Shown piece after piece: positions 22,437-30,865 of a stretch of 57,854 nucleotides of DNA. Numbering within the stretch: position 1 is the first letter of the stretch; each line of letters opens with the position of its first letter. The translations under genes and the position numbers were made by a program. Source of the DNA: Candidatus Yanofskybacteria bacterium (GTDB lineage Bacteria; Patescibacteriota; Minisyncoccia; 2-02-FULL-40-12; GWA2-44-9); contig JACPNL010000009.1 in assembly GCA_016185505.1 (NCBI GenBank), forward strand, positions 1 through 57,854. Direction: 5' to 3'. The notes beneath the pieces are model-generated. The model saw only the letters and a program-made list of their open reading frames with translations. It searched no databases and was not told the DNA's origin.

Positions 22437-23873
22437 TTACTTTTCGTCTTTATTGTCGTCTGTCTCTGTCCGAGTACTGTCCGCGTCTGTCTGCGTTATT
22501 TCAGTAAATCCGACCTTTTCCTTCGGCGACCTGACATCTATCTTCCATCCGGTAAGTTTGGCCGCGAGGCGGACATTTTGTCCCCTCTTGCCTATGGCCA
22601 GCGAGAACTGGTCGTCAGAGACCTCAACAAGGACATGCCTTCTGTTTTCATCTAAGACCTTGACTTCAAGAATTTTGGCGGGAGAAAAAGAATTAGCTAT
22701 GAATTCCGCCACCTTTTCGCTCCACAAGATTATATCTATCTTTTCGCCGGCCAGCTCGTTTATGACCGTCTGTACTCTAACGCCTTTCTGCCCGACAAGA
22801 GAACCGATCGGGTCAACTCCACTCTCCTTTGAGACAACGGCTATTTTAGTTCGTGAACCGGCTTCTCTGGCAACAGCTTTGACCTCGACAGCTCCGCTAT
22901 CTATCTCGGGAACTTCCATCATAAACAACCCATAAACCAGATCCGGATGAGATCTTGACAAGACCACTACCGGGCCCCTAGACGTCTCATCAACCTTCAA
23001 TATCAAAAACCTCAACCGCGAACCAATCCTGTAGTTCTCTCCGGGTACTTGCTCCGCAGTTGTAAGTATCCCATTCGTTTTGCCAATATCAATAAAAACG
23101 AGAGGTCCTTCTTTTCTTTGAATAATACCGCTGACTATTTCGCCTTCCTTTTTCTTAAATTCTTCAAATATAGCATTCCTTTCGGCCTCCCTTAACCGCT
23201 GTATAACGACCTGTTTGGCCGTTTGAGCGGCAATGCGCCCAAAGTCAGTATGGGTCTCAAGTTCGGTAATAAGCTCGTCACCGATCTTTATCTTCTTCTT
23301 AATCTTTTTGGCGTCATCGAGAAGGATATGTTTTTCGGGGTTAAATTTAACTTCCCCCGTGCCGATATCGTCCCGACTCTGTCGAGGATCCTCGATGGCT
23401 TTGCCATCGGGACCTTCCGTTGAATCATGTCCCCCTTGCCCCCGCGGCTTAACGTGCCTATCAACCCCGTTAGAAGTAGCCGTGCCACGGTCCTCCGGAC
23501 TCGCGACTTTGTCGCGAGCGCGACTTCTAACGGGGTCAACTTCGCCTGCCTGCCCGCCTGCGCGGACAGGCGCAGGCAGGGTAGCGGGACGCTCGGCAAA
23601 ATCAGGTTTTTCTTCAACCAGTTTTAACGGCAACTCTCCGGTTAAGTTGCCCTCTTCATCAACGCTTTCAACCACATAGTGAACCTGGGAGATCTTTATG
23701 TCTCCCGTCTCCGGGTCAAGCTTGGCTCTGACTATTTGGCCCTTTTTGCCGTAGTCCCTCTTGTAAGCAGCCGCAATGGCCGCTTCAACGGTCTCCAAAA
23801 CGCTCTGTTCAGGTATTCCCTTCTCTTCGGCAATCTGCTTTATCGCTAGTAAGAATTCTTTTATATCCAACAT
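22437..23873 (-). CDS. nusA: transcription termination/antitermination factor NusA with a ~80-aa in-frame insertion
   Basis: N-terminal domain, S1 and two KH regions are recognisable. The segment ERPATLPAPVRAGGQAGEVDPVRSRARDKVASPEDRGTATSNGV.. is encoded by GC-rich palindromic elements. Confidence 0.9.
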   Translation of the reverse strand: MLDIKEFLLAIKQIAEEKGIPEQSVLETVEAAIAAAYKRDYGKKGQIVRAKLDPETGDIKISQVHYVVESVDEEGNLTGELPLKLVEEKPDFAERPATLPAPVRAGGQAGEVDPVRSRARDKVASPEDRGTATSNGVDRHVKPRGQGGHDSTEGPDGKAIEDPRQSRDDIGTGEVKFNPEKHILLDDAKKIKKKIKIGDELITELETHTDFGRIAAQTAKQVVIQRLREAERNAIFEEFKKKEGEIVSGIIQRKEGPLVFIDIGKTNGILTTAEQVPGENYRIGSRLRFLILKVDETSRGPVVVLSRSHPDLVYGLFMMEVPEIDSGAVEVKAVAREAGSRTKIAVVSKESGVDPIGSLVGQKGVRVQTVINELAGEKIDIILWSEKVAEFIANSFSPAKILEVKVLDENRRHVLVEVSDDQFSLAIGKRGQNVRLAAKLTGWKIDVRSPKEKVGFTEITQTDADSTRTETDDNKDEK

Positions 23874-24088
23874 AGAAAATTTAAAATTTAAAAATCAAAA
23901 TTAAAAATGACAATGTAAAATTCAAAATTAACGAATGATGAAACCATTTTAACACTATCTCATTTTTACATTTTGAACTGTCATTTTCCATTTTGATATT
24001 TACATTTTGCATTTAATAATGAAGCCCGCCACTCAGCGGACTTAATCTTTCTTACTTGCTATACTATCAAAGGTGGTAAAATAAGTCA

Positions 24089-24910
24089 ATGGGTACGACA
24101 TTAAACACAGACAAGCGGCCTATCGGCATATTCGACTCAGGAGTAGGCGGTTTAAGCGTGCTTAAAGAGCTTGTGAAATTAATGCCCAAAGAAAACTATA
24201 TATTTGTTGCCGACCAGACAAACGTCCCTTACGGTGAAAAATCAAAGAAAGAACTGGGAAGGTTGACTCTGAAGATATGTGATTTTTTGGTCTCAAAGAA
24301 CTCTAAAATCATTGTCGTCGCCTGTAATACAGCCACCTGCAATGTAATTGATATCTTAAGAGCTAAAGTTAAGATCCCCCTCGTGGGCACCGTGCCCGCG
24401 GTAAAACCGGCAGCAATAAGCAGCAGATCAGGCGTAATAGGTATCTTGTCAACACCGTCAACTTCCAAAAGCAGGGGCCTTAAGAAATTGATCGAGACAC
24501 ACGCCAATAACACAAAAGTTATAAATATTGGATGCTCCGATCTAGAGGATACTGTGGAAACTGGAAATTTAAGCTCGCCTAAAATTACTCAACTATTGTC
24601 TAAGTATACGGAATCAATGAGAATCGCCGGCGCCGATGTCGTTGTCCTTGGTTGTACCCACTACCCCTTTCTAAAGCCTCAAATAAAGAGGGTCCTAAGA
24701 AGTAATGCAAAACTAGTTGATTCCGGCAGAGCCATAGCAAAACACACAAAGAATCTCCTTCAGCAAATGGGAGCTCTTTTTGTAAGTCGGGCTAAAACAA
24801 CAAGTCGAACTTGTGTGGATTTTTATACCACAGGCAACCCGTCTCATTTTTCAAGAGTTGCCTCTTCTCTTTTGAAAAGCCCCGTCAGAGCAAAGCGCAT
24901 CTCCCTCTAG
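24089..24910 (+). CDS. murI: glutamate racemase
   Basis: DSGVGGLSV, VVACNTA and GCTHYP motifs. Confidence 0.9.
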   Translation: MGTTLNTDKRPIGIFDSGVGGLSVLKELVKLMPKENYIFVADQTNVPYGEKSKKELGRLTLKICDFLVSKNSKIIVVACNTATCNVIDILRAKVKIPLVGTVPAVKPAAISSRSGVIGILSTPSTSKSRGLKKLIETHANNTKVINIGCSDLEDTVETGNLSSPKITQLLSKYTESMRIAGADVVVLGCTHYPFLKPQIKRVLRSNAKLVDSGRAIAKHTKNLLQQMGALFVSRAKTTSRTCVDFYTTGNPSHFSRVASSLLKSPVRAKRISL

Positions 24911-25005
24911 AGGCCTTCGTTGTCCACAAGTTTTACTGGACAAAAATCTCCAAAACCAAATACTGTTCATAATCAAGCTACCTGTTAGTGATAAAATTAA
25001 ATCAT

Positions 25006-26730
25006 ATGGCCGACGAAAAATCGCAGAACAAAAACACCAGACGCAGCCCCGTTCAAAAGAAAGAGGAAGAACTGGAGAAAAAACTCGCGGAGATACAACA
25101 GAAAGAAGCAGAAGACAAATACAAGATACTTGCTCAACAGTTAAATCTTCCTTACTCCGACCTCGTATCAATCCCCGTCGATACTGACGCGTTATCTTTG
25201 TTAAACGAGGAAGAGGCTCGTTCAGCCAACATCGCTGTAATATTCAAAAAGGACTCAAAGATCATCGTCGCGGCAACGGACCCGGCCAACCCCACGACTC
25301 AAAAAATTATTTCCCGGCTGAAAGAAGATCGCGAAGTTGAGGTCATTTTAACAAATCCCCGATCCCTTCAAAATATCCTGAAAAGATACCAAGACATAAA
25401 AAAGGCAGAGACCTTTGAGATCGGGGCGATAGAGATACAAGAAGGAGAACTAGATAGATTGGAGAAAGAAATAAACAACACTTCCGACCTTAAAAGCCGG
25501 CTGCAAAAAGTCTCAACTACCGGCTTACTGGAATTATTAGTAGCCGGCGCCTTAAAGACCGGGGCATCAGATGTCCACCTTGAGCCGGAATCAAATTCTG
25601 CCCGTCTACGATACCGTATTGACGGTTTACTGCACGATATCGCCGTTATAGACAGACATCCTTATGAAAAGGCCCTAGACAGAATAAAGGTCCTGTCTAA
25701 AATGAAACTGAACGTCAGGGGCGTACCGCAAGACGGCCGTTTTACGATCAGACAAAAAAGCGTGTCTATAGAAGTCAGGGTCTCCGTTTTACCCAGCGAG
25801 TTTGGCGAAACAATAGTGATGCGTCTTTTGGACCCCAGAACGATCAAACAAGACATTGGAGAACTGGGTATGAGAGATGACTTGCTTAATAAGGTCAAAG
25901 AGGTCCTGAAAAAACCGACAGGAGCTATACTTACAACCGGTCCAACTGGCTCCGGTAAGACCACTATGCTGTACGCCTTTGTGAATCACCTAAACTCGCC
26001 GGACAAAAAAATAGTAACCATAGAGGACCCTATTGAGTACCACATTGAGGATATATCTCAAACCCAAGTTGACGCGCGCAGAGGATATACTTTCGCTAAC
26101 GGGTTAAGAGCCATCGTCAGACAAGACCCCGATATTATGCTTGTCGGAGAGATAAGAGATACTGAAACGGCCGATATCGCTTTACAAGCCGCCCTGACCG
26201 GGCATTTGGTATTATCCACTATTCACACAAATGACGCTGCCGGCACTGTCCCCCGCTTAATAGACCTCGGGATAAGGCCTCAAATAATAGCCCCAGCTAT
26301 AAATATGGCAATGGCCCAGCGCCTGGTCAGGAAATTATGTCCAGAATGTAAAAAAATGCGGAAAGCAGAAGAAGCTGAACTAAAAAAGTTACAGGAGGTA
26401 TTGGGACCCCTATCGAAATATCGAAATGTCGATATGCCTGCCCGTTCCTCTGGCGGGCCGAAATATCCCAAACTGGATGCCGGTTTGGAGATAGGCACTC
26501 CCGGAAAATGCAAAGAATGCAATGAATCGGGCTACAAAGGGCGTATCGGCGTTTTTGAGGCCTTTGAAATGTCGCGAGAAATAGAGAGATTAATATTGAA
26601 GTCGCCGGCAATATCAGAGGTGAGGGATCTAGCCATAGCCGAAGGAATGATAACGATGTTGCAGGATGCGTATATTAAATTGATCGAGGGAGTGACGTCG
26701 ATGGAAGAAATAGAGAGAGTATTGGGCTAA
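25006..26730 (+). CDS. type II secretion / type IV pilus assembly ATPase (GspE/PilB family)
   Basis: GSPII_E N-domain-like repeats, Walker A GPTGSGKTT, CPECK..CKEC zinc cluster. The in-frame insertion reads SKYRNVDMPARSSGGPKYPK. Confidence 0.85.
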   Translation: MADEKSQNKNTRRSPVQKKEEELEKKLAEIQQKEAEDKYKILAQQLNLPYSDLVSIPVDTDALSLLNEEEARSANIAVIFKKDSKIIVAATDPANPTTQKIISRLKEDREVEVILTNPRSLQNILKRYQDIKKAETFEIGAIEIQEGELDRLEKEINNTSDLKSRLQKVSTTGLLELLVAGALKTGASDVHLEPESNSARLRYRIDGLLHDIAVIDRHPYEKALDRIKVLSKMKLNVRGVPQDGRFTIRQKSVSIEVRVSVLPSEFGETIVMRLLDPRTIKQDIGELGMRDDLLNKVKEVLKKPTGAILTTGPTGSGKTTMLYAFVNHLNSPDKKIVTIEDPIEYHIEDISQTQVDARRGYTFANGLRAIVRQDPDIMLVGEIRDTETADIALQAALTGHLVLSTIHTNDAAGTVPRLIDLGIRPQIIAPAINMAMAQRLVRKLCPECKKMRKAEEAELKKLQEVLGPLSKYRNVDMPARSSGGPKYPKLDAGLEIGTPGKCKECNESGYKGRIGVFEAFEMSREIERLILKSPAISEVRDLAIAEGMITMLQDAYIKLIEGVTSMEEIERVLG

Positions 26731-26868
26731 ATTAACCTAATTGTTCTAATTATTCTAATTGACCTAAATAAATCCCAATAACCTAATGACTAAATCGGTT
26801 TGGACATTTTGTGATTAGATATTGGGTATTATTTAGAATAGTTAGGTTAATTAGAAATTAGAATAATT
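26730..26868. repeat. AT-rich long hairpin, aattaacctaatt family
   Basis: It starts at the stop codon of the preceding gene. Same family as 20071. Confidence 0.8.
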
Positions 26869-26883
26869 GTAATGTAAGGACAC

Positions 26884-27037
26884 CTATAATCTGTAGGCAA
26901 AACCCGAGCCATAAAAACACGGGGGCAGGATAATTCCGAGGAGTAAGCCAGTCGGAACCAACTCATCCAAACTAAGATAATATCCCGATTGGACTTACGT
27001 ATTAAAAATACTCATTCCAATTGCCTACAGGTTATAG
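26884..27037. repeat. ~154-nt element bounded by 17-nt inverted repeats (MITE-like or structured RNA)
   Basis: ctataatctgtaggcaa (26884-26900) against ttgcctacaggttatag (27021-27037). The single mismatch would be a G.U pair in RNA. Confidence 0.5.
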
Positions 27038-27146
27038 AGGTTCTTACCGAAACCGATTTACGAATCAAGCTGAGCTCGACAAATATACGAATTTACAGTT
27101 TCGGCTACGAATCAACTTAATCTGCTATATTTTAACTCAAATTACT

Positions 27147-28238
27147 ATGGGTGTCAACCACTCAAACTTAATCCCTCAAACCACTCCTGATGACCAGGTT
27201 TTAGACAACGCGCTCCGGCCTAAGACGTTCGGTGAGTATGTTGGTCAAAATAACATTAAGGAGAACTTAAGAATCGTCATCGGAGCAGCAAAGAAGAGAA
27301 ACGAGCCGGTGGAACACCTGTTGTTTCACGGTCCTTCCGGTCTTGGTAAAACTACGCTGGCTTATTTGGTGGCAAAAGAACTTGGCGCCAACATCAGAGT
27401 CACTTCCGGTACGGCACTGGAGAAAGCCGGAGACGTCGGCTCTATTTTAACCGGTTTAAGCGACGGGGATATTCTTTTCATAGACGAAGTCCATCGCCTC
27501 AATAAAGCCGTAGAAGAAGTCATATATCCGGCTATGGAGAATTTCAAGTTGGATATAGTTATCGGCAAAGGCAACTCGGCAAAGACATTGCAGATAGACC
27601 TCCCCCGCTTCACCCTTATTGCCGCCACAACTAAGATATCCATGCTTTCGGCCCCATTCAGATCAAGGTTCGGCGCCAACTACCGGCTAGACTTCTACAA
27701 TCAAAGCGACATAGAAGAAATTGTCTCTAGGTCAGCGCGTCTTCTTAATGTAAACATTGAAAAAGAGGCAATTAAAGAAGTTGCTCTTGCCTCAAGGTTC
27801 ACGCCCAGAGTCGCGAACCGGCTCTTAAAGAGGGTTCGTGATTTTAGCCAAATGGATCCCGAACGAAGTAGCCGCGCCAGCGGTCCCGAAGGGACTCACG
27901 ACTCTGTCGCGAGCGCGACTTCGTACGGGATGGATGACACTTACATCACCGCCAATACCGCACAAAAGGCCTTAAAGATGCTTGAGATAGACGACAAAGG
28001 CCTTGAAGAAACAGATAGAAAAATACTGCTGGCTATAGTCAACAACTTCGATGGCGGCCCTGCCGGCCTTAAGTCCGTCGCCGCATCCATATCGGAAGAA
28101 GAAAGCACGATAGAGGATGTCTACGAACCGTACCTAATGCAGATGGGATTCCTCGCAAGAACTCCGAAAGGAAGAGTGGTTACGTCCCGAGGGTTTGAAC
28201 ACTTAGGGTTAAAAAACAAAAAGCCAAAACTCCTATGA
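27147..28238 (+). CDS. ruvB: Holliday junction helicase RuvB with in-frame palindromic insertion
   Basis: LRPKTFGEYVGQ, GPSGLGKTTLA, DEVHRL. The insertion reads DPERSSRASGPEGTHDSVASATSYGMD. Confidence 0.9.
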   Translation: MGVNHSNLIPQTTPDDQVLDNALRPKTFGEYVGQNNIKENLRIVIGAAKKRNEPVEHLLFHGPSGLGKTTLAYLVAKELGANIRVTSGTALEKAGDVGSILTGLSDGDILFIDEVHRLNKAVEEVIYPAMENFKLDIVIGKGNSAKTLQIDLPRFTLIAATTKISMLSAPFRSRFGANYRLDFYNQSDIEEIVSRSARLLNVNIEKEAIKEVALASRFTPRVANRLLKRVRDFSQMDPERSSRASGPEGTHDSVASATSYGMDDTYITANTAQKALKMLEIDDKGLEETDRKILLAIVNNFDGGPAGLKSVAASISEEESTIEDVYEPYLMQMGFLARTPKGRVVTSRGFEHLGLKNKKPKLL

Positions 28239-28783
28239 GCGGGCACTCAAAGTGGGCGCAAATTCGCCACAAGAAAGCACTGACTGACCAAAAGCGTGGC
28301 CAGATATTTTCTAAGTTCTCAAAAAACATTACACTTGCCGCGCGAAAGGGTACCGACCCTAAAACAAATATTGCCTTAGCCAACGCCATTGAACAAGCGC
28401 GGCGAGAGAATATGCCGAATAACAACATTGAGCGGGCTATCAAAAAAGCATCGGAAAAAGACAGTACACAGTTGGAAGAATTTGTTGTAGAGGCAATCTG
28501 GACCGGCGCCCTCCTTCGCCAAGGCTTCGGAAGGCAGGGGGTTGCTTTGAGAATAAAAGGTGTTACCGACAACAAAAACCGCGCCATCTCGGAAATTAAG
28601 ACAGTTCTTTCGGGCCATGAAGCAAAGATGGTCCAGCCGGGAAGCATCGGCTGGATGTTCACCTCCCCCCTTCAAGTTAATGAACAGACGCAACAGAAAA
28701 TTGATGAGCTACTCGAAGCGTTAGATAATCTTGATGACGTTAGTGATATCATCTTAAATTTAAAATTAAAAAATCAAAATTAA
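28235..28783 (+). CDS. yebC: YebC/PmpR family transcriptional regulator
   Basis: MSGHSKWAQIRHKK start. Confidence 0.85.
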   Translation: MSGHSKWAQIRHKKALTDQKRGQIFSKFSKNITLAARKGTDPKTNIALANAIEQARRENMPNNNIERAIKKASEKDSTQLEEFVVEAIWTGALLRQGFGRQGVALRIKGVTDNKNRAISEIKTVLSGHEAKMVQPGSIGWMFTSPLQVNEQTQQKIDELLEALDNLDDVSDIILNLKLKNQN

Positions 28784-28858
28784 AAATGACAATTCAAAAT
28801 CTTAAAATTTTTACATTTTACATTGTCATTTTCCATTTTGATTTTTACATTTTACATT

Positions 28859-29326
28859 ATGGTCATACTCGGAATTGACCCCGGCACAACTCGTATCGGC
28901 TATGGCGTAGTGCGACAAGAGAAGAATCGTATTTTTTGTCTTGACTACGGGATACTCAAAGTTGGCGGTGACAAATTTACCGGATTTAAAGAAGCATCTC
29001 GAGAACTTAAGAAACTTATTCTAAAGCATAAACCCGATCAGGCGGGCATTGAAAAGCTCTTCTTTTCCAAAAACCAGAAGACCGTGATGGCTGTAAGCGA
29101 GATGCGCGGGGTATTGCTCCTTACGCTTGCCGAAAACAACCTCCCTATTCAGGAATTCACCCCTCTTCAGGTAAAACAAAGCGTAAGCGCTTACGGTCGC
29201 GCGGATAAGGGCCAGATACAGAGAGTAGTCCAGCTTTTACTTGGGCTAAAAGAACCAATAAGGCTCGATGACGCCGCCGACGCCCTGGCTATTGCAATTT
29301 GTTGTACAAATAATAAAATACCCTAA
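28859..29326 (+). CDS. ruvC: crossover junction endodeoxyribonuclease RuvC
   Basis: ILGIDPGTTRIGYGVV. The start is set at ATG 28859. Confidence 0.85.
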   Translation: MVILGIDPGTTRIGYGVVRQEKNRIFCLDYGILKVGGDKFTGFKEASRELKKLILKHKPDQAGIEKLFFSKNQKTVMAVSEMRGVLLLTLAENNLPIQEFTPLQVKQSVSAYGRADKGQIQRVVQLLLGLKEPIRLDDAADALAIAICCTNNKIP

Positions 29327-29443
29327 ATTAGGTCGATAGGGTATTTATGCGATACCAATATACGAATGCATACTAATTATACTAATGAAGCGCGAGATAC
29401 TATTCGTATCATTCGCATGAATTAGTATATTAGCATCGCACTT

Positions 29444-29578
29444 ATGAACGAAGTGAATTATAAATTTGATGAAGCAGAGGAGGTCGTCGAAGACGACGAC
29501 ACCGACCTCGAAGACGAGGAAGAAGACGAGGAAGAAGACGAGGAAGAAGAAAGCGCCAGCGAGGAAGAGGTTGTCTAG
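29444..29578 (+). CDS. possible 44-aa hyper-acidic peptide
   Basis: MNEVNYKFDEAEEVVEDDDTDLEDEEEDEEEDEEEESASEEEVV, followed by a bidirectional hairpin at 29581-29611. It is below the ORF-track length cutoff and no RBS was seen. Confidence 0.3.
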   Translation: MNEVNYKFDEAEEVVEDDDTDLEDEEEDEEEDEEEESASEEEVV

Positions 29579-29603
29579 TAAAATAAAGCGCCCAATGGGC
29601 GTT

Positions 29604-30803
29604 TTATTTTACTTTTACGAACTTTTTGGGGCCGATTTGAACTACGTCTCCTTCTTTTGGCGTAAAGTTCCACTCCTTTTTTACTTCTCCGTTAACTTTC
29701 ACCGCGCCTTGGTCAATGAGTATCTTGGCGGAACTGGAACTTCCTTGCGTTACCAGTCCGACAAGCTCAACCAACTTTGCCGTTTTAACTTCTTCCATTT
29801 CGCTGGGCAACTCACCCTTGGAGAACACCTTCTCCCACTCATCCTTTGCTTTTTGGGCTTCTTTTTCGCCGTAGAATCTCTTAACGATATCGTGGGCAAT
29901 AAATATCTTGGCATCTCTAGGACCCATTTCCATAATTTTATCTTTTTCAGATAAAGGCAGTCGCGTAACATTAACAAACAACACCTCTGTCATCTCGTCC
30001 GGTTGAGCCATTATCGCTCCAAACATTTCGTTGGGCGGAGATGACAAGAAAACCCCTGTCCCCTTACTCTTTGACATTAACTCCCCCGTTTTAGGGTTCT
30101 CCATCAGATTAACCGCTATGACGAACTTTTCTTTATTTTTCAAGCGCTTTAAAAGAGTGCGCCCAACAAGAGCGTTAAAGATCTGGTCGGTTCCGCAAAG
30201 CTCCGCGTCAACGTCCATCGCGACGCTATCGTAACCCTGCATTAACGGGTACTGCAGTTCGGGCAAGTATATCGGCAGGTCATTTTTAATTCTTTTTTGA
30301 AACATATCTCTCTCAAGCATTTGTTGAGTGGTAAAGTTGTAAGCCAGTTCGATTTCGTCCTTCCATGTCATTTTTGAAAGCCACTCGCTGTTGTACAAAA
30401 CACGGGGCGGGTTTTCTTTGTCGCCAAAGTTCATCAATGGCTTTATCTGCTTTATCCAACTCCTCACGTTTTCTCGTACCTGTTCCTCCGTAAGTCGTTT
30501 CCTGGCGGCACTGCTGTCAGTAGGGTCACCTATTTGGGCGGTAAAGTCACCAACCAAAATTATAACCTCGTGTCCAAGCTGTCTTAACTCTTCAAGAAAC
30601 ATATAATTCTTGGCGTGACTCAAGTGCAAAGAATCAGAAGTCGGGTCGGCTCCAATATAAATTCTTAATCTGTCTCCCGAAAGAAGGCGCTCTAAGAACT
30701 CCTCTTTTGACGGAAGAATTTGAGACACTACACCTCTGTCGAGTATTTCTTCTAACTTTTTTTTATCTGTAATTACGTCGCTCATCTTTTTAAATGATAC
30801 CAC
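29604..30803 (-). CDS. tyrS: tyrosine--tRNA ligase
   Basis: HIGH-like DSLHLSH, KMSKS-like LMSKSKG, C-terminal S4-like domain. Confidence 0.8.
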   Translation of the reverse strand: MVSFKKMSDVITDKKKLEEILDRGVVSQILPSKEEFLERLLSGDRLRIYIGADPTSDSLHLSHAKNYMFLEELRQLGHEVIILVGDFTAQIGDPTDSSAARKRLTEEQVRENVRSWIKQIKPLMNFGDKENPPRVLYNSEWLSKMTWKDEIELAYNFTTQQMLERDMFQKRIKNDLPIYLPELQYPLMQGYDSVAMDVDAELCGTDQIFNALVGRTLLKRLKNKEKFVIAVNLMENPKTGELMSKSKGTGVFLSSPPNEMFGAIMAQPDEMTEVLFVNVTRLPLSEKDKIMEMGPRDAKIFIAHDIVKRFYGEKEAQKAKDEWEKVFSKGELPSEMEEVKTAKLVELVGLVTQGSSSSAKILIDQGAVKVNGEVKKEWNFTPKEGDVVQIGPKKFVKVK

Positions 30804-30865
30804 AAAATAATCATCTTGAAAGCGCTGGATTTTTGAGGCCTCTTATGGTATTATGAGGCATCCAA

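Noticed and set aside
29466-29954. 162-aa basic ORF (MMKQRRSSKTTTPTSKTRKK...).
   Set aside because: Its first part is an alternative frame of a GAA/GAC repeat and the rest is antisense to tyrS. No signals support it.
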